Below the pieces are notes generated by a model, which was given only the letters and a program-made list of their open reading frames with translations, searched no databases and was not told the origin of the DNA. Source: Carcharhinus longimanus (Eukaryota). Taken from it: a stretch of DNA of 59,602 nucleotides. Below, in pieces: positions 1 to 11,229 of this stretch. The stretch's first letter is position 1; each line of letters starts with the position of its first letter. The DNA is taken from NCBI GenBank assembly GCA_030264375.1, contig JASCQW010000027.1, positions 74,041,277-74,100,878 of the forward strand, given 5' to 3'. The position numbers and the translations under genes are program-made.

Positions 1-241
1 ACAGGGACTGGGAAAACATACACCATGCAAGGCATCTGGGCCGAACCGGAGAAAAGAGGCATCATTCCCAATTCATTCGAACACATTTTCACCCACATAT
101 CGCGATCCCAGGACCAGCAGTACCTGGTGAGGGCTTCCTATCTGGAGATCTACCAGGAGGAGATCCGAGACCTTCTCAACAAGGATGAGAACAAAAAACT
201 GGAGCTAAAAGAAAAGCCAGAAACTGGTGTTTATATTAAAG
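1..241 (+). CDS. KIF3C: Kinesin-2 motor domain coding exon (5' part lies outside the window), KIF3C-like
   Basis: Frame from base 1 reads [59 protein letters not shown]...KPETGVYIK: end of the P-loop (GxxxxGKT) plus kinesin motifs. Ends at donor G|GTAAAA (GT at 242-243), phase 1. Confidence 0.92.
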
Positions 242-1959
242 GTAAAATCTGAATTGGTTTCGTTAAGGTTGCAAATGCGTTCTATGAAATGCACAGCAGA
301 TAAATAAAACGTGTAAACACTTGGCAGTGGGACTGCCAGTGATTCGATTTGTTTTCTTCCCAAGATAATGGGAGGAGGAGGAGGATGGAGAGAGGAGGGG
401 CCAGTTTCATCAAACAATTGGCATTTTGTTGAGAAATTGAAAGGCCAGCCAATAATTCCACTCCAATCCAGTATATTAATCATCCTTATTTTTGCTTCAG
501 GACAAATCTTAATCTCTGAGTCACCAATTTTTTACCTAAGGATTTGCAAATTGTTGGAATTATCATTGTTACAGAAATAAATGACTCGTCAAACACACAT
601 GCTAATACACACTAAAACATCTAGTTGATCAGAGGATCTGTAAGTGGTTATATTTAGATGATAGCTAACATCTTCTAGCACCTCAGTGATGAATCAAACA
701 CTCGAATACACTTTTAGCTCTCAGTCTGTTTGCTGGGCTCAGCCGTGAATCAGCTAAAAAATACCATTTGAATAAGTTGCTATTCATGACCGTCATTCCC
801 TGTCAGACCGTTCAATCGAATTTGATGTCCTCAGCAAAATGCTGACATCATTATGGATGGTATTGGCTCATTATCTTCAATTAAGTGTTTTAGTAATTGG
901 TAGAACTGTCAATTAAATTGAACAATGGTTCAATTAACTGCAGTTGGACTGAGTTTTGAATTCATTCCTCTTATTTTTATATTCTCCTGCTTACAGTTCT
1001 TTTCTAGGATTCCAGTGAACTAGTCCGTCATCATTGCCAATGCCGTAGGGCGAAAGGGAAACAGAGAAGCGTAACCAATTAATGACAGCAGTTCTGAAGA
1101 AAGGTCATTGACCTGACGCGTGAATTCTTGTTTCTCCCTCACAGATGCTGCCTGACTTGCTGAGCATTTCCAGCACTTTTATTTCAGATTTCCAGCATCT
1201 GCATTATTTTGCTTTAGTGTAACTGTTCTTCGTTTGGCAAATTGCTTTAGTGCTGATGAGTGACTTGTATTCATTTGTTCCTGACTAGTATAGGTCCAAG
1301 TGAGAAACAACATGTTGGTGTTTACAATGTTCTGACAAATTGACATAGGCATTGACTTGCCCAGAACTAAAAACAGAGATCAGCTCCACTTCGTTAAATA
1401 GATTTTGAATGAAAATTGTTTAAATGTTATCTAAACATCTATCAACACTGTAATTTTATTCATGGGTGTAAATTCTGCACATGTTCTAAGTATTTACGCC
1501 CTGATTTAATTGCACATAGTTTTGGAGAGAGTTTCTGCTGAAAGTAATGGTTCAAAATAACATCGCTATCTTTCTCTGTAGGAGATCAAAACAGTTCACG
1601 GAAACATTGATTATAGATCAATCTACAGTTTGGGGCATTTTTTACAATCTAGAGTTTATTTTTGATATGCCAAATAACTATTTTGGTTTCCTTTGTTCAT
1701 CCAGGAATGATAGCTTAAGTATGAAACAGGATTTTTTGGAAAGGAGGGTCCTCATCACCTGTCTCCTTTGTTGTAGCAAGATTAGTGATGACACAGTTTA
1801 AAACATGAAAAGAAAGTGAGACCTGTAATGGCATGTTTCCTCAGTGTGAGTCTTGTAAACTCTCCTTCAGTTAAATGGGGAAACCTTATAATTTAGGAAA
1901 GTGGCTCTTTTATAATGAACAGCGGACCATGGTCAAACGTTTTTATTCTTAATTTACAG
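242..1959 (+). other. Intron within the kinesin motor domain
   Basis: GT at 242-243; polypyrimidine tract and TTTACAG ending at 1959. Splicing restores G|AC = Asp in the conserved [12 protein letters not shown]. Confidence 0.92.
1092..1212 (+). mobile_element. Penelope-like terminal repeat fragment with degenerate hammerhead-like core
   Basis: CTGAAGA-a-AGGTCA-t-TGACCT-GACGCGT followed by cagatgctgcctgacttgctgagcatttccagca...atttcagatttccagcatctgca. Related copies at ~37347 and ~57680 (minus). Confidence 0.55.
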
Positions 1960-2825
1960 ACCTATCATCCTTCGTAACTAAGAATGTCAAGGAAATAGAA
2001 CATGTGATGAATGTCGGAAACCAGACCAGATCAGTAGCATCGACTAATATGAATGAATACAGCTCAAGGTCTCATGCCATTTTTGTTGTCACCGTGGAGT
2101 GCAGTGAGCTTGGACTGGATGGTGAAAATCACATCAGAGTGGGCAAGTTAAACCTGGTCGACCTGGCTGGTAGTGAGCGTCAGAGCAAAACTGGAGTTCA
2201 AGGAGAGCGTCTAAAAGAAGCTACTAAAATCAATCTTTCTCTTTCTGCTTTGGGCAATGTAATATCTGCTCTTGTAGATGGCAAGAGTACTCATATTCCT
2301 TACAGAGACTCAAAACTAACCCGCCTTTTGGAAGACTCCTTAGGTGGTAATGCTAAGACAATTATGGTGGCCACTATTGGACCAGCATCATGCAATTATG
2401 AGGAGAGCTTGACAACATTGAGATATGCCAACAGGACCAAGAATATTAAAAACAAACCAAGGATTAATGAGGACCCCAAAGATGCTTTGTTGAGGGAGTT
2501 TCAAGAGGAGATTGCACGATTGAAGGCCCAATTGGAAAGAAGAGGGATGCTGAGCAAGAAAAGAAGAAAAAGCCAAAGGAGAATCATTCTAGAAGGAGAA
2601 GAGATCGCAGAGGAAGGTGAGGAGACTGAAGATAACATAGAGAAAGACATGGAAAATTATCTAAAAGATCAAAAAGAAACATTGGAGAAAGAGAAGGTTG
2701 CAATACAAGATGATCATAATTTGGTGGCAGAAGAAAAACAGAAATTGTTAGAAGAGAAAGAGAAAATGATGGAAGATCTGAAGAAGGAGCAAGAAGCCAC
2801 AGAGCAACTCGCAGCTAAATTTAAG
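1960..2825 (+). CDS. KIF3C: Kinesin-2 coding exon (switch I/II, neck, start of coiled coil), KIF3C-like
   Basis: [18 protein letters not shown]...NEYSSRSH...LVDLAGSER...[10 protein letters not shown]...[24 protein letters not shown]3C-type rather than KIF3B-type features: [54 protein letters not shown]. Ends at AAG|GTAGGC, phase 0. Confidence 0.92.
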
Positions 2826-3063
2826 GTAGGCCAGTGAACAACAGTGCTTTCAGAGTCAATCCTCAAATTGTTGGATTTTTGAGTAAAACCTTCCTAAAAT
2901 CAGATTTCATAACACATTTAGTGGAGCATAAAAATTAATGTTTCCTATCTGTGCATTTTGACCTGTATTTGTTATCACAAATGTCCCCAGTGTTTGACAT
3001 AGGGATCACTTTCAAGTGTCGGGCCTTTTTTGGATGTGACAATAAAATAGTATAAAATGTGAT

Positions 3064-3290
3064 AGTGGGCTGGTTAGCTTAGATGGTTAATATATGGCTC
3101 AACATAACAGCTACACTGGTTCGATTCCCAGTCCAGCCAAGGTAGGTTTGGGACTGCCTTCTCACCCTGCTCCTGAGAATGGAAGGCAATGGCAAACCAC
3201 CACTGACAAAATCTGTGAAGCAAACGGCTTAAAATGCAGCATCAGCAGACAATGAGCCAAGCACCTGCCTTTTGACACAGCACACATGAA
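3064..3290 (+). mobile_element. tRNA-derived SINE with RTE/BovB-type 3' segment
   Basis: A-box-like GGTTAGCTTAGATGG and B-box GGTTCGATTCC, then GAAGGCAATGGCAAACCACC, a motif typical of RTE-partnered SINEs. Confidence 0.55.
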
Positions 3291-3539
3291 TGAATTAATA
3301 TATGTTATGTGGAGGATGCAGTGTTTCCTTAATAGCAGTATTCCATTTCCAAATTCAATCTTGTAATCTTTTAGTGATGGATTATGCATGTAATCCTTCA
3401 GTGACGAGGTGAATGCTCATCTTTAGGTTCAGATGTTAATCCACTGAAGCTTCACGTTCAGTATTTATGAAATTGAATGAATTCTTCTCAGAGATTGTTT
3501 TCTTGTAATCATGGTCACCTACAAATTGTCTAGTTCATA

Positions 3540-5122
3540 TGTTATAATTCGGGTCAGAAACTCCAAAGTGTTTTATGAAGCCCGCCTTGTTTGGGCTTTT
3601 TGAGAAGGCAAAGTATTGAGCTCAACTTTAGTTAATACAAAAACTTGTGACCACAGTATCCTGGTGAAAGACGCTCTTTGTTGGCCAACGCACACTGAGA
3701 GAGAAAGGGCTAGGTAGTCCAACACTTCTCTGAATTTACATCACATTAGCAATACAGTTATACATCTTCCAAAATACATTTTAATTGCCCTCTGGCTCAT
3801 GATGAGCCAATCATTATTAGTACAGGTTAATCATTATTAGCAAATGTCGTATACTTTGACCAGTCACAGGTATTCTCTGACAGCATAGGAACAGTAAGTT
3901 CTAGCAGTTTCTGCCTGACTTTCCCATGGCCACCTGGCCTAAACTCTTATCTGGTAGAATATGCGGCCTATTCATTAGTTGTCTGGAATCATTAGCTTGT
4001 CTTTGCTCAGTGAAAGGACATTCATGTGTGTATTGTTATCAGGAATGTGGTTCACTTTACTGGCCAATTTCCCATGATGCCTTAGAATCCTGTGCCATTA
4101 GCGAAGAAGTACGTCAATTCAATAGTACAACTTTCTAAAATACATGTTTAAATCCTCTAACTGTGGTAATATGTGTTTCTATGCAGACAATACCTCTGTA
4201 AAATATGTCTGCAAGGCAGTCTGTGATTCTTACCCTAAGTTAATCTACTCTGTTTTAATAGTCTTTGTTGGTGTGTGAAGTTCCAAGGTTCTAATAATCT
4301 TTGTTAGTGTTTTAAATCCCAGGGTATTTTAATTTTTTTAACAGTCTGGATCATAAGTTCTGCACTTCAAATTTGGCTAGGATAATCATGATATATTTCA
4401 CTTCAGGTATCATTCAAATGACCCACCAGGAAGCTTTTATCAAACAAAGTTGATTTAAGAATATAGTTAACATGTATGGAAAGAAAATTAGCAGTAGCTT
4501 TTATCAATTGTAAACAAAAACAAACCAACCAGGATAATATATAACCCTTAACAAATATATCTAAAATGTTCCAATCAAACAAAAGCCTCCCATTGACAAA
4601 GATTGGCAAAAAACACAGCAAAAATTAATGGTGACGTGATACTGGGACTGAGTCCTTTGGATGAATGCTTCAGTTCTCTTGAGGCACACACAGGCAAGCT
4701 TCTGTCAAAATAGCTTACAGAACACCAGGGAGAGACTCTGGTTGTGTCACCAATAGCAGATTCTCTACTTCAGGAACACACCTAACCAGCAGAATTTCCA
4801 AAACCAGGAAGAGAAAGAAACACTTATTTTCAGCTTGATGTCCCTTCTAAACTAATGCTGCTGCCAGCTAAACAGAAAATGAAGCCTTAAATTCACTAGG
4901 AAGGGAAAAAAAACTGTCACCAACAAATGGCTTTCCTCCTCACAATGCAGGGTCATAAGAAATCCCTAAATAAAAATAAACAATCCCCATTTAAAACACT
5001 GAAGGAGCAATTAAAGCACTTCGAGCAGCCAGCGCGATAGCAATGAAACAAAAACTGCTTATAGCTGCAGAGAAAATGATTTAAAAAAAAACCACATTTC
5101 TTAAAGGTACACTAATGTCACA
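3540..5122. mobile_element. Solo LTR (outer), interrupted by a second LTR-like insertion
   Basis: TG...CA termini (tgttata...tgtcaca) flanked by a 4-bp TSD CATA (3536-3539 and 5123-5126). Confidence 0.55.
3588..4343. mobile_element. Nested solo-LTR-like element
   Basis: TG...CA ends (tgtttgg...ttaaca) with imperfect 4-bp TSD GCCT/GTCT. Confidence 0.4.
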
Positions 5123-6901
5123 CATAGTAAAGTGAGCTCTGTTGACTTAACATAACAGCACATTTCTAAATTAGACTGACATGTAGATTCAAAATGTTTG
5201 CCGAATTTGTTTGGGCAAAGTAAAATCTAAATTGTGTTTCATTTGTTTCAGCAAGTTGATGGTTTGTATTTGGTGGTTTATGATTGATAATGTCCTACCA
5301 CTGGAAGTAATTTTATATCAAATGATTCATAATGCCATGAATGGTGTGCTTTGTCTGTATAGTGCGCACAAAACAATACCTTTCACTGTATACCAATACA
5401 TGATACAATAATAAATCAAATCAAATTGAAAGCAACAAAGTCGGATGACTTTCCTTCACTGAACAATCCAGTATCAGCCAGTGTCAAATTGGCAGCACAT
5501 TTCCTCTTATATTATGATTTCCCATGTTGGTTTCTATTGAATCTGATGAAGTATATTAATCATGCTGTACCTATCCTTGAGAAATTAACTACGATTTTAC
5601 AATTTCCTTTTCATAAATAAAAAATCTATAGTTTTTTTTTCCCTGATATATAGCCTAAAGACATCCAACCTCTAAATATTTAATTTCAAAGATGTAGGGA
5701 GGAAAATAATTTTAATACTTCTGAGAGCGATGAGGAATTAGGTGTTAATGAATGAAACTTCAGGCAGCGATCTGGCAGTTGTTTGTGGTCCAAATCATGT
5801 GCCATATGGCTGGTTTACTAAACAGTATCATATATTTCCGATACCGCAATGTTTAGGTAGGAGGAGGCTGTTAGTTCTCGAAGTGGAGCCTGTTTGGGAA
5901 AATATTTTTCTCATTAAGAATGAATGAAGGTATGCATTTGTACCTGAGGTCAGTTAAGTATTTAGTACATGATTCCAAAATGAATGTGATGTTCAGGAGT
6001 GGAATTCCTCCGGAAGGCAGGTGGGCAGAATTAAAATATCTTCAAGCTCACTCCAATTGTTCTGGGAAAAAATGCCCCAAATGAGAGGATCCCCAGGGAG
6101 GGATCTGTGAGCTGGAACCAGCTCGCTGCCTCTGGAAACAGCTTGGAGACAGGCACTGCAGCTATGAAGTGCCAAAGACCCGCCTCAGTCCTCTGGGCCT
6201 TCATCCCAGTTATTTTATTTGATATTAGGCTCCCTCAGTTTCTCATCCCCCAACATGCTACTCTGTGCCCTATCCATCCTCTTGGCCCTTCGTATCCTCA
6301 TATCAATTTATACCCACACTCATCTCCTTGGACCGTTTAAGCACGTATGCTATGTTAGTGCCAATTTATGATAACCCAAGTCCGTACACCATTCTTAGCC
6401 TTTATATATTCCATGCCAATTCACCCAGTATTCCTTCATAGATGCAGCCATACTGAGATTTTAAAAAATAAAGTTCTAAGTAATTACTTTGAACTTCACT
6501 ATATACAAAAACCCTGCCATTCATTAATGGCCTATTCTACACATTTAAATTCCCTTAAGTACTTAATCCTACATAAAATCAAACTTTTGAATTCCTAGAT
6601 CAAAATCAAGAACAGCTAACCCATTATAATCTTTTGGAGATGTCAATCAAACAGTGAAGTTGGAACTTCTCACTGTGGTGATGATAGCTTATGAAAGCAG
6701 CCAAGCAGTAAAAGTACGATAATGCTAGCATTTTGGGTTATGTCAACAAAAAGCTATCTAAACTGCATGCACTGATTTTCTTCAACTCTAAAACATAGCA
6801 GATTTTTTTTAGAATGTAAAGGGCAGGGTATTTAGATACCTTAACAGTTCAACAGATTTTATCTGCTTTTTACAAACATTCAATTCTGCTGTAAAAAATC
6901 A

Positions 6902-7202
6902 GGCACACAGTGGTGAGCACTGCTGCCTCACAGTGCCAGAGACCCGAGTTCGATTCCTGGCTTGGGTCACTGTCTGTGCAGAGTCTGCACGTTCTCCACA
7001 TGTCTGTGAGGGTTTCTTCCGGGTGCTCTGGTTTCCTCCCACAGTCTGAAAGACATACTGGTTAGGAACATTAGCCAAATTGTTAATATTCTTGCTCAGT
7101 GTACCCAAACAGGTATCAAAGTGTGGCGACTAGGAGATTTTCACAGTAACTTAATTGCAGTGTTAATATAAGCCAACTTGTGACAATAATAAATAAACTT
7201 TT
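6902..7202 (+). mobile_element. HE1/V-SINE-type tRNA-derived SINE
   Basis: cacagtggtgagcactgctgcctcacag...gagttcgattcc (pol III A/B boxes), core gggtgctctggtttcctcccacagtc, tail cacagtaacttaattgcagtgttaat...aataaataaacttt shared with copies at 33641, 36512 and 43241. Confidence 0.85.
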
Positions 7203-8589
7203 CAAAAAGTCATAAGTCACGTACTATGGGAAATAGACTTTGCTCCAGCAAAAATGGGAGGTATTTGGACTCAGTGCTGAGTTCAAATGGCCCCACTGAG
7301 TTTGGATTTTCCATGTTTGTGAATTCCATCCCATCTCCTTTTCCATACCTGTGAAAATAGGATGTGTCAGAAATGGGGATGAGATCCAGGATCCTGATGC
7401 AATTTTGATAAGATACTGAGTCTCCGTAACTCCATGAAAATCTGTGCCACAGGCCAGGATCTTCTGCTTCTGCCCATGGCCGTAATTAGTGCGGCTGGAA
7501 GCAGACAATTTAAAGATCAGTCAATATTCATCGACTTCAGGTGGGAATTTCAATTTCTGTGCGTAGACTTTCAAAATTCCTACCAGAGGTGTTACATCTG
7601 ACCCCCTTTGAACTGTCGGCTATGGCTAATATACCTTACAGATAGAACAATGTTTCCTTCCACAGAGTGTAAAACAATTTTTATCTACTGTTAAAAGTCA
7701 CGTGAGTTTACTGCTTTGGGATAAGACTTCAACAGGAAGCTTGTACTGGAAAGCAGGTTTCTCCCCAGTGAATATGTGATTGTTGAAACATGTCCTTATC
7801 CACAAGGGTCTCAGTGGCTTAGAATTGAATTCTGATTGTGCGTCACAAAACTGCTGCCTAATTTTAAGGATGGAAAAATGATTAGACAGTAAGTAATTAA
7901 TATATATCAAAAATGCCTCTCTTACTTAGAGCTTGCTATGGCAGTTGCAACATACTTTTTTTAATGACGTGTTTTCGCGTTAATCTTATTAGTTGGAGCA
8001 TAGAGGAACATACGGAATCTGAAACCAATTATTTGCGAGTTGTACCATCTGCTTCATACATAAATATGACTCTGTTATGCACCAGCTCTCTTATCAAGTC
8101 AGTGGCCTTTGGTGCCTCACCATTTTCATATATTTTTATTGCCATAAACCCCATCACAACACGTAAATTACACAGCTCTCAAATGAAAACACTGAACATA
8201 TTAGTAATGGTAAAGGATGCCTCCAGTACTTTAGAAAGCAATTGGTCAGTTATTTTACAGGATAGTCTTTCACTGAGCTCAGACTCCATTATTTATCTGC
8301 AGAATACAAAGGTCGATTGAGAAACTTGAGGACAGTAAATGTATAAAAGGATTCAAACTTTAAACAGTAATTTTTTTTGAAAGTATGAGGGTGGGTATCT
8401 TCCATCATATCCTGGCACATAGAGCTGGTCTTTGCCGCAGAGGTGCCCAGGTTTTCGATCACTGTAGCTGGAGTCTGCAGCCATGTTCCTAGCTCTGGCT
8501 CATTTTCAGGGAGTTTGCTTCACTGGGTGACAGGTATCCTCTTGTGAAGGAAAAAACTCAACAGGTTCGGAAACATCTATAGAGAGAGA

Positions 8590-9250
8590 GAAACTGAGTT
8601 AGCATTCCAGGACGATGACCTTGCAGCAGAATGAGGAAAAGTTTGAGATATTTGAGTAGCGGATGGATTCAAAAAGAACAAAAGGATGACCTGTGATTGG
8701 TTGGCACTCAGGAGGAATTGAATGACACAAAAAAGCTAACCCTGCAGGGCCAAAAGGAATGGAGATGGGGCCAGAGAAAGAAACAAAAGATGTGCCTCGA
8801 GCAGGTGTAATGCTGACTGAAAATCGAAGCAAGGAAAGAAAATGAAATGGGGGACCAAGTTTGCAGTCTGAGATTGTTGCGTCCAGAAGACTGTAACTGA
8901 AAGATGAGATGCTGTTCCTGGCACTTATATCATGCCTCGCTGGAACAGTGCAGTAGGCCCAGGAAAATTAAAGTCAGCATGAAAAAAAGGTGGAGAATTA
9001 AAATGACAGCTCACCGAAAGCTCGGGGTCATGCTTGCGGACAGGATAGATCTGTGTTTGGTTTCCCCAATGCAGAAGAGACCACATTGTGGACAGTGAAA
9101 ACAGTAGACTCGATTCAAATAAAACAGAATCGCTGCTTCATCTGCAAGGTATATTTAGGGCCTTGGATGATCAGCAAAGAGGAGATGCAAGCACCAGCCT
9201 TGTTTGTCCACTTTCTGAATTGCCTTATTTTCTTTGCAACTTTATATGGG
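8590..9250 (+). mobile_element. Decayed L1/Tx1-type ORF1 remnant
   Basis: ENRSKERK (cf. LENRSRR) near 8820 and IKMTAHRKL (cf. IERAHR) near 9000; many disablements. Confidence 0.4.
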
Positions 9251-9892
9251 CCTATTCCCTTCTTGGTTAATTGGCTTATTTCTAACCAAGAACCTTTAAC
9301 TTTGACTGTTCTGTTTGGTTTTTCATTCTTTCATGGGACGTGGGCATTGCTGGAAAGGGATTTGGTTCTCTCCCCTTAACTGCCAATGACATCTCTCTTT
9401 TTCTGTCTCTTTTCAACTGTTCATATTGATCTTTAAAAGTGGGGGGTTCATTGGAGGGTATGTATCCACAACAGGAACATCATTAATTTCATTGCTTCTC
9501 TTTTGGTCCTTTGTCCCAGTTCTGGCTCGCAATAGTTGCGGTGTTGCAATGTAAGTCATGGAATTTGTAAAAGTTGTAAAAGCATGCAACTTTCATCTCA
9601 ACCACAATGGAATAAACAGCATGGGAGAAGCTGAAAATGAATGTAAACTGTAGCAGATATCAGGGCAATGATTAACATCAATGAGAAACTTTTAGAAATA
9701 GTCATTAAGGGAAAAAACAGTTGGCATTTAGAGAGATTGTATTAAATAAGAAGAGCCAGCACAACATGCTTGACTGATCTAATTACATTTTTTGATATAG
9801 TAACAGAGAATGTTAACAAAAGGGAATGCAATGTATGTTGTCTGTATGGATTTTAACAAAGGCTTTGATAAAGTACACATAAAAGGCTGCTT

Positions 9893-10200
9893 ATCACTTC
9901 TCAGCCTTTTGGCAAAGATCAAGTGTAAGCACTCAGGGTAACTGATGAGGTTAGACTGAGGCTTCACCTGATGCAATTTTTTAAAATCATCTCGGCCTTT
10001 TGGCTAAGATGAAGCTCAGATTGAGCCCAGGAAGGGGTACAAAGCCTTATCCTGTTGGCTTGGTTCTTGTTTGATCAAGCCCAAGGTGGGATGTACATTG
10101 TGTCTTGTCAGCTTGGATCTGGTTCGTCCTTCATGTGGGTACTCTGATTGGACTTAACTAGCTTTTTTTCATTCGGAATAAAGTACCAAAAGACAAAAAA
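9893..10200 (+). mobile_element. U2 snRNA-headed short retroposon (SINEU-like), copy 1, with two U2 heads
   Basis: 9893-9927 matches U2 nt 1-35 at 32/35; 9990-10010 matches U2 nt 7-27 exactly. Body is homologous to 27872-28074 (minus). AATAAA at 10177, A-rich tail, TSD aaaaggct at 9881 and 10198. Confidence 0.8.
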
Positions 10201-10664
10201 AGGCTCATTAACAAACTTGAGGCTAATGGATCAGGAAGGTCAGTGTCTTGGATGAAGTGATAAACTTTAGGGCAGGAAACACTGAATTGTGATAAATGGC
10301 TATTTTTCAAACTGGGGGACAGTAGATAATGGTTCAGCACTGGCCCAATGTTTTCATTAATATTATAAATAACTTGGACGTTGGAATGCAGAATAAAATC
10401 TCTAAATCTCAAAATTTGTTAACAACACCAAATTTGGAAGTGTGGCTGAGAGTGAAGTTAGTGTGAAGTGACTGCAATGGGATACAGCTTGACTGGCTGA
10501 ATAGGCTGACAGGTGGCAGATGAGAATTTAATCTGGAGAAGTGTGAGATGATGCATGTTTAAAGAAGGAATTGGGAGAGGCAATATAGACTAAAAGGCAC
10601 AATTTCACAGAATATATACAGGGAGAGGAGGATCTGGGATTTATGTGCATTCATGTGCATCGTA

Positions 10665-11229
10665 CTCATTGTTCTCTGGAGCAGTGTACTGGTGGCTGGT
10701 GAGTTTTGAACTTGCGATTTAGTTTTTTCCTTCTCTCTATTGCCGTTTCGTGGGGTTTTTGTTTGTTTTCGCTTTCCGTAGCGGGAGCTAGGCGCAGGGA
10801 CAGTCGGGAAGGGAGCACGGGAGTACAAAAAGAAGGCCGCAGTAGACAGCGGGCAGCAGAGTGAGGTGGGTGCAGAGTGAGTGCTGAAACAGCTTTGGCT
10901 CACAGGGCTTAGGCGAGAGCAGGCGTAGACACGGTGAGTTACTGGACCAATTTTTCCTGTTTTCCATTGGTGTCCATAGTTCGAAGGGTGGTCAAATAAA
11001 TGGCAGGGTCCTTGGGGAGATGCGTCAGCTGCGTTAGGTGCAATATGTGGGNNNNNNNNNNNNNNNNNNNNNNNNNNNNNNNNNNNNNNNNNNNNNNNNN
11101 NNNNNNNNNNNNNNNNNNNNNNNNNNNNNNNNNNNNNNNNNNNNNNNNNNNTGGTAATGTTAAAATGGCGGCACGGGCTCGTTGGGCCGAAGGGCCTGTT
11201 TCCTGGGCTGTTTTTGTTCTTTGTTCTTA
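10665..11229 (+). mobile_element. Young, probably full-length CR1 LINE with interior collapsed into the N gap
   Basis: CpG-rich 5' UTR, ORF1 start MAGSLGRCVSCVRCNMW (Cys-rich N-terminus) at 11000, gap, then 3' UTR gggccgaagggcctgtttcc with a (GTTCTTT)n tail. Confidence 0.7.

Noticed and set aside
3064-3135. tRNA gene
   Set aside because: A/B boxes are present but there is no cloverleaf; it continues into a SINE body. The same applies to the HE1 heads.
9893-9927. Functional U2 snRNA gene
   Set aside because: Only the first 35 of ~190 nt are present, with CpG decay, a TSD and a foreign body; it is a retroposed derivative.
9942-9975. Hammerhead ribozyme at CTGATGAG
   Set aside because: No GAAA after a stem II; only half the core.
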